A DNA stretch of 64,000 bases, from NCBI GenBank assembly GCA_918797485.1, contig CAKKNE010000004.1, positions 3,658,001 to 3,722,000 of the forward strand, in the 5' to 3' direction. Below, in pieces: positions 29,082-40,014 of the stretch. The position numbers were made by a program, and so were the translations under genes. How positions within the stretch are numbered: the first letter of the stretch is position 1; each line of letters opens with the position of its first letter. The DNA comes from Pelagomonas calceolata (Eukaryota). A model generated the notes under the pieces. It was not told where the DNA came from and ran no database searches. It saw only the letters and a list, made by a program, of their open reading frames with translations.

Positions 29082-30986
29082 ATGCCACCCAAAGCCCAAG
29101 ACAGCGTCGACCAGCCGCTACAGGCCGTCGTATTAGCGCACGACCTTGAACAAGCCTTCCGGCCGCTCCAAATGTCGAGCGTTGAGCTCTGTGGTAGAAA
29201 AATATTGGACCACGCACTCGAAGGCCTCGCGCGCGCGGGCTGCGGCGAGATTTTAATAGCGGGCCGCCCGGAGGATTGTTTTGAGCCGCCCTCAAACTTA
29301 TTGGGGAGGGACGGCCGCGCCGTGAAGATCCAACACGTTGCGCTGGCCGGGTGCACGTCCGAGGGCGACTACCTTAGGGAGCTCGACCGGTGCGGTTCTG
29401 TGAAATCGGACCCCTTCATACTGTTGAGGGGCGATTGCGTGGTAGCCCTCGACAACTTGTTGCCCATTGTGGAAGCCCACAAAAGGCGCAAAAAAACAAA
29501 AGACGCGGACGCGACTTTAACTGTTTTGTTGGCGGACGGCGGCATGCGCGCGGCGACGTTGCGGCCTTTGACGTATGACCCGCTCGAACTACGAATCGAC
29601 GGCGAGACGTCACGAATTTTGGGATGGTACGGCGGCGGCAATGCTCGAGACCGCACGGCCTTCGAGAACGGGTTTCTGGGCGACGAGTCCTACGCGCACG
29701 AGTGTACTGATATAAAAGCGCCTCAGAATTTGGTGGACTGCGGCGTCGACGTCTGTTCATTGGAGGTCCTGTTCCGCTACTCGGAGAACTTTGATTATCA
29801 ATCTATTAGAGGAGACTTCCTACCTACGGAAACGGGCAACGCCGAGCTCGGTCAAAGAGCGTACGCCCACGTACTCAAGGAGACCGAAGGTCGGGCGGGC
29901 CGCGTCTACGACCCCCGCATTTTAGATACGTACGTGCGGGATTTACTAAGGGGCTGGTTCGCGCCTGTCCTTGTGGCTGAGCGGCCTTTGTCTACAGTCG
30001 ACCGCTCCGCACAAATTGTGGAGCCGTCGTACGTCGGTCGGGGCGCAACTCTCGAGGCGTCTGTGGTCGTGGACCAATCTTCAATAGCTGCGGGCTGTAT
30101 TTTACGAGAGCGCGCGCGCGTCCGCGGGTCTCATTTAGGCCCACGTTGTATCATCGAAGCGGGCGCGTCCGTCGACTGCGCGGTGCTGGGCGCCGGCGTC
30201 ACCGTCAAGGCCGGTATCAGCGTCCCGCGGGGCTGCGTCGTTGGCGAGGGCTTTGTCATCAATGAGGCGCCTCCCGAATTCTCGCGGCTACCGGTGCAAG
30301 AAGACTCGGATTCTGATGAGGACGACGACATGGCACTCGGCGCGTTGGGCAACGTCGAGGCCCTGCAAACGAGAGCGAGGGCGACGTCCTGGCCGCCGAA
30401 TTCTGATGATGAAGGAAATGAATCGGACGAGGACTGGGACATCGACGAGGCGCAGGCGCGGGCTCAAAAGGCGTCGGACACGTTATTCACGTCCACCGTG
30501 CGCGAGATGATCTTGGCGGGGGACCGCAACGGCTCCGCCGTCGAGTCGCTGATCATGGAGGTGAACTGCTACAAACTGAGTGAGAACCGGTCGTTCCGCG
30601 ACGCCGCGCCGGCAGCTTTGGAAGCCGTCGTCGAGCTCGCTTTTGCTGGAAGGGAGGGCAAGGGCGCCTGCGCCCAGGGTCTGGTCAAGGCCATCGCGCG
30701 CTGGAAGCCTTTATTAGCCAAATTACTTAGTAGTGGCGCGGCCGCCGACGAGCGTTTTGCGGTGGACGCGCTCGAGGAACTCTCAAAGACGCGGCCGCCG
30801 CTGAACGAACCCGACGTCTTCGCGCTCGCTCTGCAAAAGCTCTACGAGCACGACGTGTTGTCCGACGAGGGCATCCTCGCGTGGGGCGCCGCGTCGGCGT
30901 CGCCTTTGAGAAATTCGCCGCAGGTCGGCCAGCTCCTCGCCTTCCTCGAGGACGATGACGAGGACTCCGAGGAGGAGTCGGACTGA
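29082..30986 (+). CDS. EIF2B5: Translation initiation factor eIF2B epsilon subunit
   Basis: PLQAVVLA nucleotidyltransferase-like N-terminus, NFDYQ motif, hexapeptide repeats and W2 domain (LYEHDVLSDEGILAW). Confidence 0.92.
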   Translation: MPPKAQDSVDQPLQAVVLAHDLEQAFRPLQMSSVELCGRKILDHALEGLARAGCGEILIAGRPEDCFEPPSNLLGRDGRAVKIQHVALAGCTSEGDYLRELDRCGSVKSDPFILLRGDCVVALDNLLPIVEAHKRRKKTKDADATLTVLLADGGMRAATLRPLTYDPLELRIDGETSRILGWYGGGNARDRTAFENGFLGDESYAHECTDIKAPQNLVDCGVDVCSLEVLFRYSENFDYQSIRGDFLPTETGNAELGQRAYAHVLKETEGRAGRVYDPRILDTYVRDLLRGWFAPVLVAERPLSTVDRSAQIVEPSYVGRGATLEASVVVDQSSIAAGCILRERARVRGSHLGPRCIIEAGASVDCAVLGAGVTVKAGISVPRGCVVGEGFVINEAPPEFSRLPVQEDSDSDEDDDMALGALGNVEALQTRARATSWPPNSDDEGNESDEDWDIDEAQARAQKASDTLFTSTVREMILAGDRNGSAVESLIMEVNCYKLSENRSFRDAAPAALEAVVELAFAGREGKGACAQGLVKAIARWKPLLAKLLSSGAAADERFAVDALEELSKTRPPLNEPDVFALALQKLYEHDVLSDEGILAWGAASASPLRNSPQVGQLLAFLEDDDEDSEEESD

Positions 30987-31275
30987 GTAAGGGCGCTATT
31001 AGTTTATTTAATACTGGTTGCGACCCGTGCGATAAACGCCACTACCAGCGCCTCCCGCGAGAGAGAGAATTTTTTAGCTAAGCGGTAAGACACTCTAGAG
31101 CGCCAGCGCATCATCAAGTTCGAGTCTTAGCTCTACAGCATTGCTCGTGCACGGCTAACTGTTGCTTTCGGTAGAGTGCCGACTGCACATCTCGCAGTAT
31201 AGCACTTGCAGACCAGCTGTGCGCATCTCGAACGCCAAAGAGAGCACACACGCATATAGGGAGAGCATGACACAG

Positions 31276-34110
31276 ATGCGAGCAGCCATCGTCCTGCTCG
31301 CGGGCGCAACCGCGTTCCGCGGCCCCATTATGAGACGACGGCCGCTGGTCGCGCCAAGACAAGCCGCAGCGATCTTCGAGCAAAAAAAGGGCGGCGCCGC
31401 GCTGTCGCCCGAGGCCAAGGATATACTAAAAAAAGGCGAGGCCCATTTGAAACGCGTCAACGACCTCGAGGCGACTTATGATGCGAAGAGCGACGCCGAA
31501 TTGCGGGGAGAAGCCACCGCCCTGCGCGAGGCGCTGCAGCAGCTTGAGAAAGACGAGGACGCCCCAGCTGATGTACAAGCAAGAGCCTTCGCGCTCGCGC
31601 GCGAGGCCGCCTGGCGCGTGCTGCAATTGCGGGCCTACGACGTACAAATTTTAGGAGGCCACGCGATGAGCACCGGCGCGCTCGCGGAGATGGCCACGGG
31701 CGAGGGCAAAACTTTGGCAGCGGTCGCGCCGACGCTGTTAGGTGCGTTGCGGGGCAAGGGCGCGCTCGTGGTCACGGCGAACGACTACCTCGCGCGGCGC
31801 GACGCGGATTCCGTTGGTCTTGTTTTTAGGTTCTTGGGGTTGAGCGTGGGTCTGGTCGAGGCGACGATGACTCCCGCTTCCGAAGAGAGGAGGGAGGCTT
31901 ATGCGTGCGACGTGACTTATGTGTCGAACGCCGAGATTGGCTTCGATTACCTTAGAGATCAATTAGCGTTAGATGAGACCGATTTAGTGCTGCCGCGGCG
32001 GAGTGGTGAAATCGAGGACCTGTTCTGGTGGTGTCTCGTGGACGAGGCCGACTCCATACTGATAGACGAAGCGCGGACGCCGCTCATCATCTCCGAGACG
32101 ACCGAAGCGCCCGCGGCGAAGTACGAAGTGGCCAGGGACTTGGCCGAGGGCGTTTTGAGTGAAGGATTACACTACGACGTCGACCGCAAAGGTAGAGCTG
32201 TGACATTAAATGAAAATGGCTACGCGGAGGCCGAGGGCGCGTTGGGACGGCCGCTCTTCGACGCGAAGGACCCCTGGGCACCTTTCTTACTCAGCGCTTT
32301 ACGGGCCAAGGAATTACTTGAAAAAGATCGGGATTACTTAATAGACGAAGCACAACAGGTCAAACTCGTCGACGCCTTCAGCGGGAGAGTACTGGAAGGC
32401 CGAAGGTACGCGGACGGGCTCCAGCAGGCCGTCGAAGCGAAAGAAAGGCTCCCCTGCTCCAATCAAACTAGACCATCAGCGCAAGTCACGTTCCAGTCCC
32501 TCTTCCGGACCGTACCCACAAGATTAGCGGGCATGACGGGTACCGCAGCAAGCGATGCCAAAGAGTTGAATGACGTCTACTCACTCGTCGTCGTGCCCAT
32601 CCCGACGGCGTTGCCGGTTGCGCGCAAGGACTATGACGATGCGGTCTATCAAACCATCGACGCGAAGAATAGGGCCGCGGCGGCCGAGGTCGCGCGCCAG
32701 CACAAGGAGGGCCGGCCCGTTTTGGTAGGTACGACGTCGGTCGAGGCGTCGGACGCGTTCGTGGAACGGCTCCGAAATGATTATGGTTTGGATTGTGAAG
32801 TGCTGAGCGCGCGGCCGGACGTTGCCAAGCGCGAGGGCGCCGTCGTGGCCCAGGCCGGTCGGTTAGGCGCGGTCACGGTCGCCACGAACATGGCGGGGCG
32901 AGGCACTGATATAAAACTAGGGGGCTCGGCGTCCGATGTCGCGAGGTTGTACGTCGAGGAACGGTTGAGGGGTGGTGACGGTGCGGATTTGCTGGGCGTG
33001 CGCGGTAGGGAAGAGTCCTTGTTAGAAATATCATCGGCAACGCACGATCTCGTCGAGGCCGCGTCCAAGGCCGCTGTTGACTTGTTGGGAGACGACCTCG
33101 ACGAGGGCGTCGCAGATTTAGTAGCGCTGGCGGCGGACGGGCGCGCCGTGAGTAAAGCGCCGGCGGTCCTCGCGGCGCGTAAAGCCGTCGACGCCGTCGC
33201 TAGTGATGTGAACCAAGTCTTGAAAGAGGAAAAACAAAAGGTCGAAGCATTGGGAGGCCTGTACGTCGTCGGCACGGAGCGCCACGAAAGTGTGAGAGTC
33301 GACGACCAGTTAAGAGGTAGATCAGGACGCCAGGGCGACGCCGGCGCGTCGCGATTTTTTGTTTCCGTCAAGGACCCGATGTTCGTTAATTTCGGGGGCG
33401 AGCGCATCGCCGATATGATGAAGACCTTTCGGGTGGGCGACGACTTACCGGTCGAGGCGAAGACGGTGACGGACGCCCTGTCGAAGATCCAGCGCAAGGT
33501 CGAGGATTTCAACGCCGAGCAGCGCACTAATGTCCTCAAGTTCGACGACGTCCAGGACGGCCAGCGGCGCGCGTTGTACGCGACGCGGCGGCGGTTGTTG
33601 CTTGCTGATGGTGATGAGGCATCGCAAACCTTCACGCGCTGGGTCGCCGATGCGATCATCGCGACGGCGCGGAGCGTCGACCGCGACGTGAAATCAGGCG
33701 ACGACCCGGACGCTATGCTCAGCGCGAGGCTGGGACAGTTCTTCGGTAAAGCGCCCGCGCTCGACGCCGGCGCGCGCACCGCGCTGAAAAACAGCGACGC
33801 CACGGCGCTCGCGGAGGCGCCCGCCGTCGCGGCGCTCGCCGGCGACATTCTCGAACGCGTTGGAGTGGCGCGGCCAATGCGGCCCGCGGCCGAGTCCTTC
33901 ACGAAGGTTGCGCTCTTGAGGCTTGACGCTTTATGGGCCGAGCACCTCCTGAACATGAACTACCTCAAGGAAAACGTCCAGCTGCGGACGCTCCAACAGA
34001 CGGACCCCTTCCAGGAGTACCAGCGCGAGGGCTACGACCTCTTCCAGGCGCTCCAGACGCGGGTGCGGGCTGACGCAGTTTATTCAATGGTCTCGATGGC
34101 GCGTGGGTAA
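31276..34110 (+). CDS. secA: Plastid preprotein translocase SecA
   Basis: Bipartite leader (ATA-FRGP), EMATGEGKT, VDEADSILIDEARTPLIIS, ATNMAGRGTDI and QLRGRSGRQGDAG. Confidence 0.97.
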   Translation: MRAAIVLLAGATAFRGPIMRRRPLVAPRQAAAIFEQKKGGAALSPEAKDILKKGEAHLKRVNDLEATYDAKSDAELRGEATALREALQQLEKDEDAPADVQARAFALAREAAWRVLQLRAYDVQILGGHAMSTGALAEMATGEGKTLAAVAPTLLGALRGKGALVVTANDYLARRDADSVGLVFRFLGLSVGLVEATMTPASEERREAYACDVTYVSNAEIGFDYLRDQLALDETDLVLPRRSGEIEDLFWWCLVDEADSILIDEARTPLIISETTEAPAAKYEVARDLAEGVLSEGLHYDVDRKGRAVTLNENGYAEAEGALGRPLFDAKDPWAPFLLSALRAKELLEKDRDYLIDEAQQVKLVDAFSGRVLEGRRYADGLQQAVEAKERLPCSNQTRPSAQVTFQSLFRTVPTRLAGMTGTAASDAKELNDVYSLVVVPIPTALPVARKDYDDAVYQTIDAKNRAAAAEVARQHKEGRPVLVGTTSVEASDAFVERLRNDYGLDCEVLSARPDVAKREGAVVAQAGRLGAVTVATNMAGRGTDIKLGGSASDVARLYVEERLRGGDGADLLGVRGREESLLEISSATHDLVEAASKAAVDLLGDDLDEGVADLVALAADGRAVSKAPAVLAARKAVDAVASDVNQVLKEEKQKVEALGGLYVVGTERHESVRVDDQLRGRSGRQGDAGASRFFVSVKDPMFVNFGGERIADMMKTFRVGDDLPVEAKTVTDALSKIQRKVEDFNAEQRTNVLKFDDVQDGQRRALYATRRRLLLADGDEASQTFTRWVADAIIATARSVDRDVKSGDDPDAMLSARLGQFFGKAPALDAGARTALKNSDATALAEAPAVAALAGDILERVGVARPMRPAAESFTKVALLRLDALWAEHLLNMNYLKENVQLRTLQQTDPFQEYQREGYDLFQALQTRVRADAVYSMVSMARG

Positions 34111-34126
34111 CTAGTATTGATTCAAA

Positions 34127-35920
34127 TTACCGACGTTTCTTGCCTAGCTTCGCGAGGAGGCGGCCCTTGGCCGTGCCCGTCCCTTTTTTCGCCACGGTGT
34201 GCCCGGGCGCCTTCGCCCACTGGCTCGGACGCGGGGCCGGCTTGGGCACGGCCGCCGGCTTCGGAGCTTTTCTCGGCCGGGGCGCGGCGCGTTTCCTCTC
34301 CTCCGCCGCGGCCAGCTCGAACTCGGCGTCGTCCTCGTCGAGTGGCGCCGGCGCCGGGGCCATGCGGTCCCACGCCGGCCCCGCGCGGTAGCGGACGGGA
34401 GCTTCCTCCGGAACCGGCGGCGGCGGCGCTGCCGCCGGGGCGGGCGGCGCCTCGGTGCCCTCCATGTAGTAGCCGAGGCCTTTGCTACCCGTCATGAATA
34501 CGTAGCCCGGCCGCGCGCCGCCATACGACGCCGCGGGCGAGAAAACAACCTTCGGCGGCGGCGCGGGCGCCGCTTCGTCGTCAGCGCCGCGTTGGAGCTT
34601 GATCGTGAACTTGGGCTTCGGTTCAGGGACCGCGGCGAGTGCCTCACGTGCTGCTTCCACGAGTTCCGTCGTGCTGGTGCATCCGGCCGCTTCGGCAGCA
34701 AGCGTCAAGAACGGTCGCTCTCGGTCGTCGCACGCCGCCTCGTCGGCCGCCCAGGCCCCGCAGGCCTCAATGAGCGCGGCGAGGCCTCGGTGCTCGCGTG
34801 CCGTGAGTGGCGCGGGCGTCGTCGACACGTCCACATCTTTATTGTCCTCGCGCGTCGTTAAGGCGACGAGCGTATCGAGCTGCGCGGCCGCCGCCGTCGT
34901 CTTGAGCCGGACCAACGCTGTAGCGAGCCCGAAGAATAGGCACGGCACGAACAAGGGGAACGTGTACTCCTTCTTGACGTGCGTCCGCTTTTCGATGTCG
35001 CGGACCGCGAGCTGCAGGTCCACGGTAGCCAGGCCCGGCAGGAAATTCCCCCCGAAGACGAGCGAGTCGACGGGCGTCAGCACGGCGTGCAGCCAACCGC
35101 TCGGTATAAAGAACGTTTGCCCCGCGTTGATCTCGACGCGCGCGCACTCGGTCGGGCCGCCGATCGTGTCTGGGAAGAAGGTCGAGTCCTGCTTCGCGTC
35201 GCAGATCCAGGCTTCGTAGGCTTTCAGGTTCTCAGGCGTGGGCTTGATTAAATAGAAAACCTTCTGTCCCCGGAAGACGTGGTACCACACAGCAGTGCCC
35301 CCAAAGTCCACGTGGAAGTCTGTGTAGCATCCAGCGGTGGACATCAAGCAGTAGTATTGGACCTGAGGCCAGTGACCTTGGGCCCTCAAATTCGCGGGCC
35401 ACGCCGTGTCGATCCAGTCTCGCTTGCGCACGAATTCCGGCGACACAACCTGGCCGGCCAACGCCGTCCGCGAGAACTCGAGCGAAATGACGTTCAGGAC
35501 CTCCTGACGGCGCGGAGCATCATAATAGCGGCTCCAGTCGCCGAGGGACCAATGATCTAAATTCGTCTGGTCGCGCGACCGCATGACCTGCACCGGCTTT
35601 TCTTCGCCGATAACCTTGGCCACGTCCCGAACCATGAAGTGCGGTTCCGGCAGCGTCATACCCAGGCCCTCCGTCGATTCAATAATTGCGGGCGTGCGCA
35701 GGTCCGTCTTCCGGGCCCAAGCGTCGTTTAGGTCGCTGCCAGTCGCGAGCCGCGCGACGCCTAGCGCTGCGCCATCCAGGAACTCATCCTTTGTGCGTTC
35801 GAGGTGCGGGATCCAGCGCGACGCAAGGCCGACCTTCTCGACGCCCTCATTGACTGCTGCGTAGTCCACGGCTTTGCGCTTGCGCTGCGGGCGCGCTCCG
35901 GGGCCGCGCATGGGCTCCAT
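34127..35920 (-). CDS. JmjC histone demethylase (KDM2/KDM7/JHDM1-like)
   Basis: LNVISLEFS, YTDFHVDFGGTAVWYH and FIPSGWLHAVLTPVDSLVFGGNFL. Confidence 0.92.
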   Translation of the reverse strand: MEPMRGPGARPQRKRKAVDYAAVNEGVEKVGLASRWIPHLERTKDEFLDGAALGVARLATGSDLNDAWARKTDLRTPAIIESTEGLGMTLPEPHFMVRDVAKVIGEEKPVQVMRSRDQTNLDHWSLGDWSRYYDAPRRQEVLNVISLEFSRTALAGQVVSPEFVRKRDWIDTAWPANLRAQGHWPQVQYYCLMSTAGCYTDFHVDFGGTAVWYHVFRGQKVFYLIKPTPENLKAYEAWICDAKQDSTFFPDTIGGPTECARVEINAGQTFFIPSGWLHAVLTPVDSLVFGGNFLPGLATVDLQLAVRDIEKRTHVKKEYTFPLFVPCLFFGLATALVRLKTTAAAAQLDTLVALTTREDNKDVDVSTTPAPLTAREHRGLAALIEACGAWAADEAACDDRERPFLTLAAEAAGCTSTTELVEAAREALAAVPEPKPKFTIKLQRGADDEAAPAPPPKVVFSPAASYGGARPGYVFMTGSKGLGYYMEGTEAPPAPAAAPPPPVPEEAPVRYRAGPAWDRMAPAPAPLDEDDAEFELAAAEERKRAAPRPRKAPKPAAVPKPAPRPSQWAKAPGHTVAKKGTGTAKGRLLAKLGKKRR

Positions 35921-36147
35921 TGTTGTACAGCCGCTCACGAGCTGCGAACGGTTGGTTTCCCGCAGCAGTACGACCCAAAAAAGGCTTTGAGCTCCGAGCC
36001 GAGCTAGCGTACCGACACACTAGGGTTCTAGGCTAGTACGTTTATGTATACGCTAGCCCAAAATTGCTGCAACTCGCACCGACTGCAACTCTGTCGTGCT
36101 GAACATTCGCTGCTCGGCTTGCACACGTTTGCAGCGGTGCGAACACA

Positions 36148-38742
36148 ATGCTGCTCCATGTATGGCTTGCCCTCAGCACCAATGCGCTCGCGCCGCATCC
36201 ACCGCTGCGCCGCACCACGCGTCTCCACGCCCGAAGCCCGCAACGCCGGCCGCGCGCCGTCGACTACGGCGACGCCTCGCTCGACGACGATCTCTACTAC
36301 CTCCGCGACGCGGACGACGCCGAAACGCGGCACCAGATGGCGTACGAAGCGTCCGCAGCCGCGGCCGCGGCCTCGTTCCTCGAGCCTAGCCGTGAGGCGG
36401 TTGCCGAATTCGTCATTGCGACGGCGCCGCCGCCTCCCACGCCGCCGCCGCGCTGGGCGACTTTTGGTGGGTGGGAGTGGCGCGAGCGCGTCGCCGGCGA
36501 CCGCCGGGTCTGGGAGCGGCGGCGGCCCGGCAGCGACGACGACGCGGAGGTCGTGCTCGACGAAGACGCGGCGCCCGCGACGCTCACGAGCGAGTTCGGC
36601 GGCGGGGAGTATCGTGGCTTCGTGCGCGGCATCAGCGACGCGAAGATATCGCCGGACGGCGAGCGCGTCGCGTACACGGTCGACGCCGCCGGCGACGAGA
36701 AGTACGTGTGCGAATTCCTGCCGGAGGGCGTACCGCCGGTGAGGGACGTCGACGCGTGCGTGGCGTGGGGCGGCGACGGCGACCTCTATGCGCTGCGCAC
36801 GGACGCCACGGGCCGGCCGCACGAGGTCTGGCGTATCAAAGACGGCACGGAATCGCTGGTCTTCCGCGAGGACGACCAACGCTTCCGCATCGAGGTCATA
36901 CCGGGGGAAACCGTACTCTTCTTGCTGCGGAGCCGCGACGCGGCCGAGGTGCGGGACGCGGCGGGGGCCGTGCTGGTGCCGCGGCGCCAGGGCGTCGAGG
37001 TCGCCGCATGCGACCTGCGCGACGGCGTGCTTTGGCGCGTCGAGGACTCGGTATTGCTGCGCGGCGAGGACGCCGTCGCCGTCCCCGGCGCGGCCGCGCT
37101 CGACGCCGTCGTGGCCGCGGGCGCGGACCGGGCCGTCGTCGGCGGCGTGGCCGACGCGAGGGGCGCGGCGTGGCTCGTCTCCGACGGCGAAGTCACGCAG
37201 ATCGACCCGCCGGCGCCCTACGACGACGTTGAACTACGGACCGACGTACCAGTGGTCGAGGGCCTCGTGGCGCTCGAAGTCTCCGCGCCGCACCGCTTTG
37301 CACGCGTTTTGCGCTATGACGTCGCGAAAAACGCGTGGGCAGACGCGCCACCCCCACCGACGCCGCACGAGAGCGCGCTGGCCGTCGAGCGCTTCGAGGT
37401 CGAGGGCATCCCCGTGTCGCTAGCTTCGTCGCCCAAGACAACCAGTGCCGTCGCGATGTACGCCTACGGCGCCTACGGCGCGCGCCTGCCGCGCGCGCTG
37501 GACGCGGAACGGTGCGCGCTCCTCGAGAACGGGTACGCAGTGGCGAGCTGCGGGGTCCGGGGCGGCGGCGAGCGCGGCGCGGCCTGGCACGCCCAGGGGC
37601 GGCGCCTGGACAAGGAGCGGTCGGCCGCCGACGTCGTCGCGTGCGCGAGCGCTCTCGGACAACGCTACGGCCGCGTCGTGGCGCGCGGCCGGTCGGCCGG
37701 CGGGCTGAGCGTGGGCGGCGCCGTATGCGCGCGACCGGACCTCTTTGCCGGCGTGGCGCTCGACGTGCCGTTCTTGGACCCGCTTGGCACGCTCCAGGAC
37801 TCGACGCTGCCGCTAACGGTTAATGAGTGGGAGGAGTTCGGGGACCCTCACGACGCCGCCGCGCGCGCGGCGATTGCGGCCTACGCACCACTGCAGCGTG
37901 CGGCAGGCGTCGAGTCCTTCCCGCCGTGCCTGCTGCGGCCGGCGCTCCGCGACGCGCGCACGGGCTGGTGGGAGAGCTTCAAGTTTGCCGCCGCCGTGCG
38001 CGACGCCACCGGCGACGCGGCGACCGTGGTCGTGCACGCCGACGACCGCGGACATTTCGGGCCGGCGGCGGGACGGGCGCGCGCTTACGATGCAGCATTA
38101 CCAGTCGCGTTCCTGCTGGCCTGCGGCGAGGACGCGCTCGCCGCGGCCGTCGACGCCGTGCCTGCGGACGAGACCAGCGATGCGACCTTCACCGTCGACG
38201 CCGCCCCAGACGCAGCTTTGCTGACAAAGGCCGCCGAGCTCCGCACAGAGGTCTTCTCTCCCCACCTCACGACCGTCGGCAGCCGATACCTCCAGACGCG
38301 GCGCTACGAGGACGAGCTCAAGGAGGCCGCGGGCGTGGCGGTCGCAGTGAGCGGCGGCGACGTCGTCGGCGTCGCGTCGGCCGCCGCGGTGCCGGCGGAC
38401 GCCTGGTACGTGTCGGCCGTCGCGACTGCGCCCCAGTGGCGGCGCCGCGGCGTCGCGTCGGCCCTGCTCGACGCCCTCGACAAAACGCGCGGCCACAACG
38501 CGGCGCTTCTTCACGTCGTCGAGACTAACGCCGCCGCGCGCGCGCTTTACGAGCGCCGGGGCTTCGAGGCCATCGACGAAAATTCTTTGGCGGCCGCGTG
38601 CGCCGCAGCGGTCGCGCGCGAGATCGAGGGCTCCGACGAGGCGCAAATCCTCATGCGCCTGCCCGGCACGGGCAAAAAGCCGAAGCCTGCGAAGGCGCCG
38701 AAGAAGCGGAAGCGGTCGAAGGGCTTCTCCCGCAAACGATAA
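36148..38742 (+). CDS. S9A oligopeptidase B-like protein fused to a C-terminal GNAT acetyltransferase
   Basis: YGAYG, VRGGGERG, GRSAGG nucleophile, LPLTVNEWEEFGDP, DAR and GHFG. Then VATAPQWRRRGVA and NAAARALYERRGF. Confidence 0.88.
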   Translation: MLLHVWLALSTNALAPHPPLRRTTRLHARSPQRRPRAVDYGDASLDDDLYYLRDADDAETRHQMAYEASAAAAAASFLEPSREAVAEFVIATAPPPPTPPPRWATFGGWEWRERVAGDRRVWERRRPGSDDDAEVVLDEDAAPATLTSEFGGGEYRGFVRGISDAKISPDGERVAYTVDAAGDEKYVCEFLPEGVPPVRDVDACVAWGGDGDLYALRTDATGRPHEVWRIKDGTESLVFREDDQRFRIEVIPGETVLFLLRSRDAAEVRDAAGAVLVPRRQGVEVAACDLRDGVLWRVEDSVLLRGEDAVAVPGAAALDAVVAAGADRAVVGGVADARGAAWLVSDGEVTQIDPPAPYDDVELRTDVPVVEGLVALEVSAPHRFARVLRYDVAKNAWADAPPPPTPHESALAVERFEVEGIPVSLASSPKTTSAVAMYAYGAYGARLPRALDAERCALLENGYAVASCGVRGGGERGAAWHAQGRRLDKERSAADVVACASALGQRYGRVVARGRSAGGLSVGGAVCARPDLFAGVALDVPFLDPLGTLQDSTLPLTVNEWEEFGDPHDAAARAAIAAYAPLQRAAGVESFPPCLLRPALRDARTGWWESFKFAAAVRDATGDAATVVVHADDRGHFGPAAGRARAYDAALPVAFLLACGEDALAAAVDAVPADETSDATFTVDAAPDAALLTKAAELRTEVFSPHLTTVGSRYLQTRRYEDELKEAAGVAVAVSGGDVVGVASAAAVPADAWYVSAVATAPQWRRRGVASALLDALDKTRGHNAALLHVVETNAAARALYERRGFEAIDENSLAAACAAAVAREIEGSDEAQILMRLPGTGKKPKPAKAPKKRKRSKGFSRKR

Positions 38743-38802
38743 GGATTGTTGTTACTAATTCACAGGTTTCTTTACAAGGATACTTGGGGGTCAAAGGACT
38801 TG

Positions 38803-39492
38803 TCAAAGGGGGTTGCTCGGCGCCTCATCCTTGGCGGCGCGCCGGCCGTAGCTCTTGCACCAGCGCCAGAACCAGTGCGAGTGGAGCGCGAGCGTCGCCA
38901 CCGCGCAGGGCCAGAGGAAAAGGCCGTTGCCGTACCACTGCGCGAGGAGGTACAGGTTAAGGCCGACGCGGAACGCTGCGAAGGATACCCCGTACGGCAG
39001 GTCCAGGCGGCAGGCCGGGAAACATTTCCCAAGCGCGAGCAGCGCCGTCGGGATCTCCATCGCGAGCGTCGACGCGAAGCCCACGCTCGCGCGGCGCGTT
39101 AGTCCCCAGGAGAAAAAGAGCGCGTAGGCGGCGTGATGAAACCACCCCTCAAAGAGGTGAAACTGCTTCGGGTAGTGCACCGCGCCGACGGCGCAGTCGA
39201 GCACGAGGAACGTCACGAAGAATCGGCAGGCGAACGTCGCCGCCGGCGCGTCCGTGAATTGAGCCGCGGCGTCGAACGTCGGCCAGACGTGCGCGAGCAC
39301 GACGCCGAGCGCGAGCGGGCCGCACGTCGAGGCCGTAATGAGTGTCAGCAGCCAGGCGCGGCGCTTCGGTTCAGTCACGCGCGATGCATACAGGGCGTAC
39401 GGAATCAGTAAAGCCGCACTCGCAATTTTGAGGTCCCTGGAGAGAGTGGATGGGTCAGCCGGATGGTTCAGGTCGAACGAGGTCGCGAGCAT
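38803..39492 (-). CDS. TLC-domain (TRAM/LAG1/CLN8) membrane protein
   Basis: Multi-TM protein with FLVLD, WFHH, MEIPT and F..FRV motifs. Confidence 0.78.
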   Translation of the reverse strand: MLATSFDLNHPADPSTLSRDLKIASAALLIPYALYASRVTEPKRRAWLLTLITASTCGPLALGVVLAHVWPTFDAAAQFTDAPAATFACRFFVTFLVLDCAVGAVHYPKQFHLFEGWFHHAAYALFFSWGLTRRASVGFASTLAMEIPTALLALGKCFPACRLDLPYGVSFAAFRVGLNLYLLAQWYGNGLFLWPCAVATLALHSHWFWRWCKSYGRRAAKDEAPSNPL

Positions 39493-40014
39493 GGTACTGT
39501 CGGCTTTGTTATGGTGGTGCTGGCAGGGAGAACTTTTTAATGGCCGCTGAGACGGGAGTTTCGCGGGCTTGTGCTGCTTGGTGTGCAGTAGCTTGTTAAA
39601 ACGAGCTGCTTCCAAGTTCAAAACGACTCTTTGTCCTGTTGCTGGCGCTCGTACGTACCACTTTTTGCTCGTGCAGCCAGCCAGCACATTTGCTGAATAA
39701 CTCGAGTGCGGCAACCGCACCATTTCACGCTCGCCTTGCATCGTGGAACTCTCGCACACGTGCGGAAGACGTCGCTGCCAACACGAGTTTCGTTCGGGGC
39801 GGGCGAGAGCTCATCAAGCTCTCACACACCGAGTTCAAACAGCGGCGCGAGGTCGATCACAACCAGACGCGGCCTGCAAAACGCAGCATTGAAAGCAAAA
39901 TCGAGGTCTCCGCTGGCGCAACGCGAGCTGAGCCTCCAACACTGGCTGTGCAAGCTGTGCAAGCTGCTCAAAAACCAGCCTAGCTGCTTCAAAAACCAGC
40001 CCGAGTCCACAACA

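Noticed and set aside
31276..34110. SecA (and TrmK, Xpt) as bacterial contamination or an operon
   Set aside because: They carry eukaryotic targeting leaders and are interleaved with eIF2B, CBF5 and JmjC genes; the Xpt gene contains a spliceosomal intron.
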